Notes under the pieces: generated by a model
The model's database searches: none
Told to the model about the DNA's origin: nothing
The model's input: the letters and a program-made list of their open reading frames with translations, nothing else
Origin: Perkinsela sp. CCAP 1560/9
Lineage: Eukaryota; Protista; Euglenozoa: Kinetoplastea
Reading direction: 5' to 3'
Assembly: GCA_965644495.1 (NCBI GenBank)
Contig: CBFFSA010000009.1
Span: forward strand, 248,001-312,000
DNA length: 64,000 bases
Position numbers and translations under genes: made by a program
Part shown: positions 24,158 through 35,464 of the stretch, one piece after another
Layout of the letters: each line of letters starts with the position of its first letter
How positions within the stretch are numbered: the stretch's first letter is position 1

Positions 24158-24821
24158 GTGGTGGTGTGAGTCGTCACTATTTCCCGAATGTTTTTACTGC
24201 TGCAAGACATTACTTATGGACGCCGCCGCTGGTCACCTAATGTGATCCATGGTTATCGATATTGTCGTACATGTTCAATTCACGACAACCTTCAATTACA
24301 CCTCATGTGATCGCTAATCAAATATTTATCCGTGGCAACAGCGAGAAGCTTGGCTACTTAACCGAGCATGTGAATGAAGTGGCGGGTGAGGATGAGACAG
24401 ACGATGACGATGAAATATCGAATGGCGACCTCAGTGGGGAAGAGTAGTTCTACAGAAGTAGAACTTCTAAGTAGAACTTCTATAGAAGTAGTCCTGTATT
24501 GCATTCAGGAATCATTTTTGGGAATGTTTTGAAAAGATTATTTTATGGCCGAATAATGTAAGTGAAATATTCAAAATTTTGTTTTCTCATTTTACGTGGT
24601 TTTTTTTCCGTCTTTCCTTATCATTCGCTTTGTTTTTTCCCATTGCAAAAAATATTTGCATTTTGTATTCTGACATTCGATTTATATTATGTACGAAACA
24701 AATACGATGTATCTACGATATTTTTTATATTACGTACGTATATTTGATAGGTACGTACATTTGATACGTACGTATGTTTGATAGAAGCACAAGAGCTCAT
24801 TGTGCACCTATAATATAAAGA

Positions 24822-25704
24822 TTGCGGTGGTTGTATAACTACCGCTCTACCCTCGATTATTGAAAAAAAAGTGAACAAAAACAGTGAAAATACAAAGAGG
24901 AACACAGTAATATAATAAAGGAAAAAAATATAAAATGGGGCTCCGGTGGTCCAAAACTGAACAAAAAAATTAAAAAAATGGGGGGTCTAGGGGGGGGTCT
25001 AGGGGGGGGGGGCATACCGCACGGAATTTTTTTTGAAAAAATTATTTTTCGAAAAAAACCGCAGAAGGGGTAGCCGGGGTCTTGGCGCGCATTTTCCACC
25101 CCCCTACCCGGGGGTGACCCCCCTCGTATGCGCAGGACGGGTCTGCCAAGTTCGTATTTTTTCGGAAAAAATTTTTTGAAAAAAAATTCAACTTGGCGAA
25201 AAAAATGGTAAAAAAAATATTTTTTCAAAATTGTTTCCCCTATTGTATTTTAATAGTTTGGGACCTATACTATCTTTCAACGACGTTGTTTTCGCAAGGT
25301 ACGCCTTTTTGGAGCCGTGGTACGCCTCACAAAATGACCCATTTTTGGCCAGAAAACGCGAAAAAGTAATTTTCGGACTCAGAGAGGTCTTTCTGTGACG
25401 GAAGAATGGTGTGATTGGAGTCGGATTCTCTACCCATTACGTTCTGCAGCCTTGAATTCTTGCCTACGAGTGATTTCCCACACGTAAATGTCGGATTTAG
25501 CGCTCTCCGAGCAAAACTACGCAAAAATGCCCCCATTTTTACCTAAAAATCGCCAATTTTTGGCTCAAATCCTTCCGGTCTCTTCGGCTTTCGTAACCAA
25601 TTTTTCTTTTTTAGGCTCTTCGTTAAACGCGGAGGTAGTTTTCAACGCGAAGCGCGCAGCATGAGTGACTTCTAAGTTGAAAACAACCACCGCGTTTAAC
25701 GAAG
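24822..25704 (+). mobile_element. Hairpin-ended non-autonomous element (family H), complete copy
   Basis: Left hairpin gcggtggtt-gtat-aactaccgc; right ~29-bp inverted repeat cttcgttaaacgcgg...ccgcgtttaacgaag. Confidence 0.8.
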
Positions 25705-26015
25705 ATTTTTATAAGTAATCGCTGCGTATATACACTGGCGAGAAAAGTAGGAAAACTACTCAAACGATAAACATAATTGGCAGTCTATGTAGAATTCTAC
25801 ACGTTCTAAATTGGGATGTAGCCTGAAAATTATGTTTCTAAATTAAAGTACACTACAGTTACCTCACTTTCACGACTCTACTTTTCCCTATGCAGTCAAA
25901 GACACAACCTTCCCCGGAAAGACAAATCTCCCCTGAGGCATCTTCCCTTACGGAGGGTCCGTTACGCTCTTTCTATGAAGGCAGCTTCCCCCGAAACTTT
26001 TTGACACCCTGAACC

Positions 26016-26088
26016 AGGGAAGCAAGGTCGGGACCTCCTCGCGGTCTTCCCTGGCACTACCATCTCACTAATGGTACAGACGCCGAGC
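26016..26088 (+). ncRNA. HDV-like self-cleaving ribozyme (predicted)
   Basis: P1 AGGGAAG/CTTCCCT, P3 ACC/GGT, L3 TCCTCGC, P1.1 CC/GG, P4 TACCAT/ATGGTA, J4/2 CAGA, P2 GGTCGG/CCGAGC (one mismatch). Confidence 0.7.
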
Positions 26089-26124
26089 AGCTAGTTCTAC
26101 GAAACCCTTTGACACCCTCAACAT

Positions 26125-26190
26125 GGGGAAGCAAGGTCGGTACCTACTCACGGTCATCCCTGACAGACACTGCCACCTCACTCATGGTAC
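26125..26190 (+). ncRNA. Degenerate tandem HDV-like ribozyme copy
   Basis: GGGGAAG caaggtcggt ACC tactcac GGT catccct. Confidence 0.45.
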
Positions 26191-26304
26191 TCTGTGTATC
26201 CCAGCGGGTAAGTGTGGGTGAGTGCGGGTAAGTGGGTACACTTACCCGGGTAATTACCCGCACTTACCCGCTAGGTGGGTAATTACCCGACTTACCCTTT
26301 TGGC

Positions 26305-27030
26305 TATGATTAAAGTGCTATATGGATATTAAAGTGCAAAAGTTTCTATTTGGATATTAAAGTGCAAGCATCTTAATATCCAAATAGGCTGAACCAGGAT
26401 CCAGTGCAGACGCTAAATTGCGAGTTGCCTACGCAAAGGAGGCTTGAGACATAGCCTGCACGATGGAACGGGTTTGAAAGCCCGTCCTGGTAGCTACGGT
26501 CGGGTAGACGTGCTCGGGGCGCAAGGCGTCGAGTGCCGCCTGGTAAGGGGATAGCAAGACAATGAGGGTCTTTCACGTTGTCTTTTAACTTTATGTTTCA
26601 ACTTTTCCTTTCAACAACTTTTCACTTGCTTCTTGGATCTTAAACGTCAATTTCATCTTTCCACTTGATCACTACTTGAAATTACAGTTCTTCAATGGCT
26701 TGCGTGTTGCTTTCTTGACGCGTTGATGTCGACTGCATCGTAAAAAAGGAATCTAGAGGCCCGGTTCTATTTCCCGACTTTGCGCCGCGTTGAAACTGCT
26801 TCCGAATGGCCCTTCAAGCATTCGGGTGCGACAGTTTCCATGATGTGACTCAGAACTTATTTGACTGAAAACCTTGTTTTGGACAAGTGAAAAAACCTAT
26901 TTGGATATTAAAGTGCTATTTGGATATTAAAGTGTCTATTTGGATATTAAAGTGCCTATTTGGATATTAAAGTGTTTATTTGGATATTAAAGCGCATTTG
27001 GATATTAAAGCGCATTTAGATATTAAACTG
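26305..27030. repeat. Element with arrays of ~18-20-bp tttggatattaaagtgc repeats near both ends
   Basis: About 3 copies at 26305-26370 plus one inverted at ~26372, and about 7 copies at 26900-27030. Confidence 0.75.
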
Positions 27031-27046
27031 CGCCCCGGGTTAGTGA

Positions 27047-28345
27047 GTTTACCCGTAGTGAACCGCAGTGATTCACTACGAGTAAACTCCAGGGTATGTA
27101 CAAGTACATACCCTGGAGGAACATATTGGAAAAGCGACTTAAGGAAGCCTTGCAGATGCCCTTTTATCTAAATGAAGAATTGAAATTTCCTTAGGAATTA
27201 TTGAAGCAATGGAGACGAGCAAGAGCAGATCGCCAGAATCAAATTGATGATTCTGAAAAGCATTTTGAAGTTGGACAATTGACACTTGATCGTTTGCGCA
27301 TTAAACTGGGATCCTTAAAAAGGCTCCGATACTAGCTACGTGCAATCTCATCATAATCCCATTACTATCTTTATACTTATAATGCTTATACTACTTAGTA
27401 TAATAAGCGGTAGTTAATTTTACTCGCTCTCGCAGACGCAGTGTCCGATTCACCGTGCACCTCTTCTCTGCAATTCGATGTGTTATTCTACAAAAATCCA
27501 CCTGCCTGGCTCTCGCACAATGCATGATATTCAATATCATGTATTTATTTTACCGTGTTGGCCACATGTTGTACAACTGTGCAATGATATAATTTGCGAG
27601 ACGCAGCGTCCGTGTTCACAAAGGACCTCATTAATACCTGAGTGGATTACATGTCTTGCGCTTAGCGACTGATACAAAGGAAGCACGGGAAATACTCTTC
27701 CTAAAAAGAATGAGAAGCGCTGGCAGTCAGGGTATGAGCAGATTCGAGCTGCGCTCAAAGCAAGCAACTCCTCGGAAATAGCAACTTCGTTAACAATGTG
27801 AGACCAGGAGAATATGATGAAAATATTTCATTTACTTATTCCACTCCGTGTACTCGGCAATTTGTGTGAAACATCCGACACGACTGATCTTCAATGCGTG
27901 AATGGTTTCTTTACACTTTTCGAACAGTGGTATACTGCCACGGGAGGCAGCTCAAATCTTGCACAGTATCTTCGGATGTGTTATCACTAGCAGCTATACT
28001 CGGATTTTTGTACACGGAATTTTCTACGGACAAAGCTATCAATCAGATGAAGCGTATTGTCGTTGAAGCAATGTTAGTATACTTCGGGATAAAGAGTAGG
28101 GTGCGACGACTTTTGCAAATAATGGAACACGAGAGATTCTTGAAGCGGAATTCGATCTCATGTTGGACGATTATGCAACGTCAAGTTGTGGAAGATTATT
28201 GGAAAAGCACTGGTTCTCAAAAATATAAACACATTCGAGTCTTCCGACAAACAACCAATCGGATCTACTCCGAAACACATATGGAACGAGAATTTGGGCA
28301 CATGCTCTACATTGAGAACAAAAAACAGCATCTATCCGATGAGCC
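27047..28345 (+). pseudogene. Decayed hAT transposase fragment (copy 3)
   Basis: Near-identical to 550-1810. Confidence 0.6.
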
Positions 28346-28397
28346 CCTTCAAGGAATGGTTCGAAACTTCTTTAATGATCCTTAAATGAATCTTTAT

Positions 28398-28560
28398 GGA
28401 CCTCCACGTGGTCTTCCCAGGCACTGCTATCCCACTGATGGTACAGACACCGACCTACCGATACTTACCTACGTTTCTGTACTAATTTCATCCCATACTT
28501 GACACACACTCAGCATGGGGAAGTATGGTCAGGACCTCCACGCGGTCTTCCCTGACACTG
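28398..28560 (+). ncRNA. Two partial HDV-like ribozyme copies
   Basis: ACC TCCACGT GGT CTTCCCA GG...ATGGTA CAGA CACCGACC (5'-truncated) and GGGGAAG...ACC TCCACGC GGT CTTCCCT (3'-degenerate). Confidence 0.55.
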
Positions 28561-28752
28561 ATAGTACATCACCTACCGATACTCTTATCAGTATTATTAA
28601 CAATTCTTAGTAATTGTTATAGCAGTTTGTTATGGTGTTTGGTGATATTCTTCATCTATGACAATTTTGTACAAAACACGTTTGTAAGTTTTCAACAAAA
28701 ACATATCCCACGTGACCCAGTGTTGCCCGTTTGGGGGTCATAAGCCAACCGG

Positions 28753-29460
28753 TCAAACAATTCGGCACTCATCCATGTGAACGAAGACACACTCTGGAAT
28801 GAGAGGACTCGTGCATGAGAGCACGCTTGGTCCACCCTGCGCTTGATCAGCCAGAAGAGTGCTGTCTGTGAAAAAGGTCTGATCCAACACAAGACCGCTC
28901 GGAAGCGTTGTGAGGTCATACGTCCCGCGTAGATAGAAATTGTACTTCAAGGAGAGCGTCTTAAGACCCTGTGGGAGAGCGTCAAAGTGTAGGGCCTGTT
29001 TGAAACGGTTTAGAGCAAGTCCCATGTGTTGCATCGTGTGTGGTACGCAACTCAAGTCCAATGTCCCGGAAAATTGATTAGTAGTCAGGTGAAGACCGAC
29101 CATTTGTTGAGGAAGACATTCTAATGGGAGAGAGCCGCTTAGTTCATCGTTTCTGTACAAACTCAGGGATAAGAGGGTTGGGGGCAATCGTTCCCATCGT
29201 AAAGTCTCATCCTTCACTTTGTTTTTCATCCCGATATGAGACCAATCAATGTTGGTGACGCGCTGATCCGCGTCGCATTGCACTCCATACCATTGACATG
29301 CTGCTGTCGAGGTGGTGTTGAATTCCCATCCCATAGGGATGAGATATAAGGGTTCCAGAAATTGTGCAAGAAGATATTCGGGGGGAAAGCGGGGGTTGAC
29401 GCGTCCAAGACGGCACGCGAATTCTTCCGAGCTCTTTGCTTCGTGTAGGGAATCTGACAT
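28753..29460 (-). CDS. LRR protein (divergent subfamily), 235 aa
   Basis: ACQWYGVQC cap; LxxLxLxxN..GxLxLxxLP repeats. Confidence 0.88.
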   Translation of the reverse strand: MSDSLHEAKSSEEFACRLGRVNPRFPPEYLLAQFLEPLYLIPMGWEFNTTSTAACQWYGVQCDADQRVTNIDWSHIGMKNKVKDETLRWERLPPTLLSLSLYRNDELSGSLPLECLPQQMVGLHLTTNQFSGTLDLSCVPHTMQHMGLALNRFKQALHFDALPQGLKTLSLKYNFYLRGTYDLTTLPSGLVLDQTFFTDSTLLADQAQGGPSVLSCTSPLIPECVFVHMDECRIV

Positions 29461-29878
29461 ACGGACCGAATTGAGAAATAGAAGGGTATTGAGATAAGTG
29501 TAGATTAGTTTGTGGTTAGTGTAAATTAGTCCAGTAGTGGTGTGCAGGCAAAAGTAGTTGTGAATGAATGCTGAAAATACAGTACTGAAAATAGTTCGAA
29601 TAACTCCGAGTTACATTTAGAGACATATAACATAATATTGAGGATAAATCATCATGCACTTATGATACGCTTATCTTATATTCGTCCGTCCATGTAAAGT
29701 AGAAGCCCAGCTCATCGGCATGGTAACTGATCTTCTGACTCGCCGGTACAGTCCTCAAGTCAGCGTCACTTTGTTCAAGGAGTATGGAATAAAGGTATCC
29801 CGAAAGGCGATTTTATAAAGCGAGACGAGAATATGTAATATCATATTGTGTGCCGATCATATGTACTAGCAAAGAATC

Positions 29879-30538
29879 CTATTTGTACTGATACAGTATT
29901 TGCGCACCCTGTCCCTTTTGTATCAGTCGCTGCACCATTCCATTCCAACCTACTATCTGTGTTCGTGCAAAATTGTACTCTGCTTTCCTTGGCATCACAT
30001 TTTCTTCTAATATGCCAGTAAGATCCGGATTTTTCTGCAGCATGAGCATCCGCAAATTTGGTGGCAGGGCGTGAAACTCCACTTCCCCGCTCAACAAATT
30101 GCAGTCCAATGCGATACAATCTAAACTTCGAGGCATACCCGCGAGGTCCACCTTTCCGGTAAAACCATTTTCGCTCAAATAAAAATGTTGCAAATGTAGG
30201 GAAAGCTGTGAAAATTCAACTTCTCCGTGTATTTCATTGGATTGCACGCCGAAATACACCAAACCGGGGGGCAACGCCCACGAGAGCGTGCCTCTTAACT
30301 GTCGCCAATCCCACCGGATCCAGGTCACTTTTTGCGCCCCATCACACTTGATCCCCTCCCAGGAACAGAGCGCAACGGAGGGGCGCCATGTGGGATGGCC
30401 CGGGGAGAGGTTGCGTACCACGCGCTCCATAAGGTATTCCTCGGGCAGACCCGTCCCGGAGAGTTTGCCTCCGAACTCGGCACGCTGGGGAGAGGGGGAA
30501 GACTCCGATGCGGCCCACCAGTTCGGCAAGAGGTTCAT
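29879..30538 (-). CDS. LRR protein (divergent subfamily), 219 aa
   Basis: LCSWEGIKC cap; LRR repeats. Confidence 0.88.
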   Translation of the reverse strand: MNLLPNWWAASESSPSPQRAEFGGKLSGTGLPEEYLMERVVRNLSPGHPTWRPSVALCSWEGIKCDGAQKVTWIRWDWRQLRGTLSWALPPGLVYFGVQSNEIHGEVEFSQLSLHLQHFYLSENGFTGKVDLAGMPRSLDCIALDCNLLSGEVEFHALPPNLRMLMLQKNPDLTGILEENVMPRKAEYNFARTQIVGWNGMVQRLIQKGQGAQILYQYK

Positions 30539-32099
30539 GTGCAGGTTTTAGTGTACAAACGAAAAACAAGGGGAAACAAGCTCCTTTTTTGTGGCCAATA
30601 GCAGGAAAATGAAACCCTGCAGCGGGATAATTTTGTGTTACACACTCATCTGAGACGTATATTTTTTGTATAGTTTCTATACCTTGCTGCTTTATTTTTC
30701 TTACCTTTTACTGTATCTTAATGGCCTCACAAGCAACAAGACCGTATGCGTCGCAGGACCCTAATACGGGACCACGTGACGTGACCGAACCTACGTTGTC
30801 CGTTCCCTTGCAACAACACCCTACATGCATAAATGATACACATCATTTATGAATACGGGAATGTGGTAAGCAGCTTAGCTGAGGTATTTTTCTCCGTGTT
30901 GGTTGGGTAGTTGTTGGTCCACCTCGCCTCGGTAGAAAAACAGATCTACTGCATTGTAAACGAGAGTTAACATCTTGCGAACATCTTTCGACGTGCGTCA
31001 AGAAGGCTGGGATACGGAACCAGGGTGTGCAAATACGTGCTGTACCCGCACGTTTAATAAGCTCTTTTTTTCTTTCCTTTTTTTTACAGATTTCAAAAAT
31101 TTGTTAGCACTGATCACAAAGATCACGAAGGCCACAAACGGTGGGTCACAAAGATCCCAAACGAGATAACAAATAATGGGTCATTAAGATTTCAAGTGAA
31201 CCGATCACAAAGATAACAAACAAACAAACCAATCAGGTAATATACACATCCGATGACAAAGATCCCGCGCAATGAGTCATAAGGACTTCATAGATATCAA
31301 ACAAACGATCACAAATATCCTAAGTAAGGGGTCGAAAAGATCACAAAAAACCAGAATGGTCGTGACATTTACGATACATGTCACATCGGAAAAGACATCG
31401 CTCAGAAAAGACTCGCGTAACCTGTTGATGTGCTATTCCGTGCATCAATAAAAGGTGAATGAAAACTAATAAAAGGTATATGAATCTTTTTTTTGTAATA
31501 TGAATCAATAAATTTACAATCAATTTATAGATAACCTTTGTCGAGGTTACCAATCTCATGCCTGCTATTCCTCAGCATACAGGATATGCTTACGTATGAC
31601 GCTTACGTATACGTTGTATACAGGGCACAAACCGCACCACCAAATACAAAAAAAAATGAACTTGAATATTGAAATTTAGACCTTCAACCGGCTATAAAAG
31701 ACAAACAAACCGCTGTTTCGCGGTGTTTCACAATTCTAACCCGCAGCCCCTCGAATAAGGTGCGGTACAGATTGTTTATCACGTGAATTGCGCAGCTGTT
31801 TTCACCAGAACGTTGCTGCGGAAAACTTATTCATGGGATGGCCATGATGATAATGAAGGGGAAGGTGAAGGGGATGGCGAAGATGATAGTGAAGGGGACG
31901 AAGCGCACAAAGAACGGAATGATTAAATCAGCGAGCTCCGACTCCTGTTCTCCAATTTCGTGACAACAACACCTTTCGTGACCACACGCACGATCATTCA
32001 CTTAAAACACAAAAAGAAAAAATGCAAGTTTCATTTTCAGATTTTATTTGAAAAAAATAAGGGAACAAGGTGAAGGATAACTAAGGGGGGCATACAGTA

Positions 32100-32650
32100 T
32101 ATGGATGGCCCTCGCGAAGGGCAATTCGTATTCCTTATTGTTCCCGAAGTAGGATCAACGTTTGACTAATAAATTTATAAATGATGCAGCTCATCACTTT
32201 AATCGGAATAACACTCGAACATGGACTATGCATTCATTGCGGCATGGGAAGGTCACTGAGCTTCGAGTCCGTGGCGTTCCTATTTCAGAGAGGCAATTAA
32301 TGGGACGATGGCGCTCTCACTCGTCAGAATGTCACAGCGTACCAGCGCCAACCAAGGGAGTCCAACTCTCCGTAGCTAACCAGCATGTGACATCCAATGT
32401 CACAGCCTACCAGCGGGAACCAAGGGGGTCCAACTGGCGTCAATTAACCAGTGGCAACATGAGAGTGTTGCGGTACTTCACCATGTCTAACTGCCCTGCA
32501 GCATGCCAAGTCCAGCTCTATACGGTTCGAATGTCATCGGGAAGACCGAGACATCCAATTCAAGGTGTACAACTCGATCGAATGATCGCTTCCCCCTCCT
32601 ACCCGGTCTTTGAGAGGCCTGCCCCAGGCTTGGGACTGGAAACTGCGGAG
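32100..32650 (+). pseudogene. YR C-terminal fragment plus downstream repeat
   Basis: MHSLRHGKVTELRVRG...GRWRS. Confidence 0.8.
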
Positions 32651-33004
32651 CTAAGAAGCCATAGGAGTTAAGAAATCAAATGTAAACAACACTTTTTTTA
32701 AGACAAATTATACTAAATCACAGTTCTCAGACATTGCGTTCAGTCTGTCATACACATTTTAGATGTGTTCTCTGTTACGCACATTACAAAGGGGTTGAGC
32801 GACAGCAATTAATCAAGGGGGTACGTCACGTCGTACACTTTTTTGAGATAAGAAAGTTTATAAAAGTTTCCAAAACAATAGAATTTATTGAACAATTGAA
32901 GATCTCCCTAATCCCCCCGCCCACATATTTTCTCTCCATCTTTCTCTTTATTCTCTTTAAATTCTCTTTATTCTCTTTAAATTCTCTTTATCATTTTATT
33001 TGAT

Positions 33005-33901
33005 TCAATGATTCTCGAGCCTTATCTGTGTGTTATATACGCACAAACCGTACTCTTGCACATTTTCAGGTAATGGCGATCTTGTTATATTGCTACGCAA
33101 GTTCACATTATCTGATAAATCCAAACCCATCAATGAAAATGGAAGGTTCGTCAAGTCCACATCACCAGAAAACATATTGCGCGACAAATCAAGGTGCCGA
33201 ATCCCCGAAGGAAGTTGTCGGAGATCGAGTTCGCCGGACAACTGATTTCCAGAGAGATATACTTGACATATGTTAGGCGGAAACAAAGTCAAATCAAGTG
33301 AGCCGGTGAGACGATTTCCGCTAAGGTTCACATTTTGCATATTGACCGGCAGACTCGTCAAACATACAGTTCCATTGAATCTATTGTCATTCAAAGTCAA
33401 ATCTTCGAAACAGAGCGGAAGGGAAGTCAAGTCCAACTCGCCTTCAAACCGATTTTCGTACAGAGTTAGTGATCGCAGTTCCGAAGGCAAGCGCGTGAGC
33501 GGTACTGTCCCTTCTAGAGCGTTCTGACACACATCAAAATCGTACAAACTATGTGGGAGATAAATCAAGTTCATAGTACCTGACAAATCTCGTTGGGTCC
33601 ATCTCACGTGGCTGACTTCTTCCCGCTCGTTACAACCCACACCTTCCCACTCGCATGCTGGCGTGTGAAGACTCCACGATTCGTCCAAGTTGTTGACTTC
33701 CGCGAGGAGACGAACGAGTAGATACTCCTGAGGTAAATTCGCAGCGCTCACTTTGGCAATACGCGATCTCGTCTTTGTAGTTTCTTCAGCAGAATGAGTG
33801 TTGGAAGGTATTGGGCTTTCGACTTTACGTCGTTTAGTCGACGGTTCCTGAATATCCGAACATGTGAGCCGCACGATCGTTTGTAGCGTTAAGTGTAGCA
33901 T
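33005..33901 (-). CDS. LRR-A protein, 298 aa, intact
   Basis: Paralogue of 19277. Confidence 0.92.
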   Translation of the reverse strand: MLHLTLQTIVRLTCSDIQEPSTKRRKVESPIPSNTHSAEETTKTRSRIAKVSAANLPQEYLLVRLLAEVNNLDESWSLHTPACEWEGVGCNEREEVSHVRWTQRDLSGTMNLIYLPHSLYDFDVCQNALEGTVPLTRLPSELRSLTLYENRFEGELDLTSLPLCFEDLTLNDNRFNGTVCLTSLPVNMQNVNLSGNRLTGSLDLTLFPPNICQVYLSGNQLSGELDLRQLPSGIRHLDLSRNMFSGDVDLTNLPFSLMGLDLSDNVNLRSNITRSPLPENVQEYGLCVYNTQIRLENH

Positions 33902-33957
33902 GTAAAGTTAGAATGTATATTATTGTTTTTTAAAAATTAAAAAATAATTCTATGAAT

Positions 33958-35165
33958 GTACTGTACCCCGTAGTTATCAGTCACTACGTTTCGTGGAAAA
34001 GAGACATAAACTTTAATAGGGCTACGCGTGCCCGCCCCCCCTTTGTTAGGTCTATTTTGTCTAAAAGGCCAAAGATTTGTTTAGGGGGGGGCATTTTTTT
34101 ATGAAATCCGCCGATGAAAGAAACAGCGGCGTTTTTCCGGTGCATAGCTATCCGAGTGTAAAATAGTGTATAAAAAAGCTGCAAGACCTTGTTTAGGAAC
34201 TATAGAAAACTTCTCCTGAAAATTATTGTCCTATGAATTTTCGGGAGGATCTGGTGCCGCATGGAGCGTTAAGCAACTGGATCATTTCGCGAACTCCAGT
34301 GGCTCGTGTATCACATGTGGTCGGACCTCTTGTTTCCGGACAAGAACCTGGTATCTCTCTTCCCCAAAATTCTCTTTCAGCACGTCCCTCTCTCCCTCCC
34401 TTTGTTCCTCCATCAATATACCGCAGAAAACACTTGTCGGTGCAAGACAAGTTGTGCGTGTGTCGTTCTTCGTCTTCCGTATCAAAACTTGCGAAGTCAT
34501 AATATTGCCGAGGAGACCATACGGAAAATAAAGCGAGTCGGAGAAAAAGATTATCAATCAAGAATGAATCGTGGAGGTCGCGACCGGAAGCGTGAGCGAG
34601 CGTTCAATAGCTCGCGACAAGATTTTATGGCAAAGGTTCATGAAACCCTTCTCGGTCTATTGAATGGTCATATCCCTATCACTCGATAGGGTGCTCCAGT
34701 TGATGAGTCATCATGGAGCATTTCGGGAAGGTCTGATTGAAAAAGCAAAAGAAAGAGCGTATAAGCACTATCGTTACGTGTTTTGATGGACTTGACGAAC
34801 GTTTGGAAAAACTCAAGCTATCACGCCGGCAGATATTGATCAACGAATAAGACGATGGTCGCATCATCTGTACTCGCAACACGATGTTCGTCAGTACAGC
34901 TATGTTATTTTCGGAGATAAAACTAGCGTTAGCGTCGACGGCGAACTGAAGGGGAAAAATTTAGCGCCAGTGGGCGTGATTTCAGTCAAAGTCGTTCGGA
35001 CGAATGAAAAGCAAACAGTGACTATTTTTCTTGCCGCCCTATTTTCCGTCAAGGAAAAGGGGGTGTATCCTCGTCTAATCCTGCAGAAATTCAATTCCTG
35101 AAAATTGATTCCTGGAAATTCGAGTTACTGAATTTAATGCACTTAAAATATTCTTTTTTAGGTAT
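33958..35165 (+). mobile_element. Degenerate pogo-like transposon
   Basis: Homologous to the 20232 block. Confidence 0.6.
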
Positions 35166-35464
35166 TTGTTTTGTGATTTTGTACTTTCGCTTTATTTGTG
35201 CGCGTTATAAATTCGTGTGCGTTGTCTATTTTGAGAACGACGACGACTACCTACAAATTGTTCTTGTGTGTATTATGATGACCTACAAGTTGTTCTATTC
35301 ATCAATCTTCGGGTCCAGTTTTTCCAGCTGACCAGGCGATAGCTCTAACGGAACGTTGCCTGAGAAACTACTACGTTCTAGATTCAAGGAAAGAAGCGTG
35401 GAAAGTAAATCCTTTTTTTTTCCAACTTACTACGCTTAAAGCTTCACACATATTTCCATTATTT

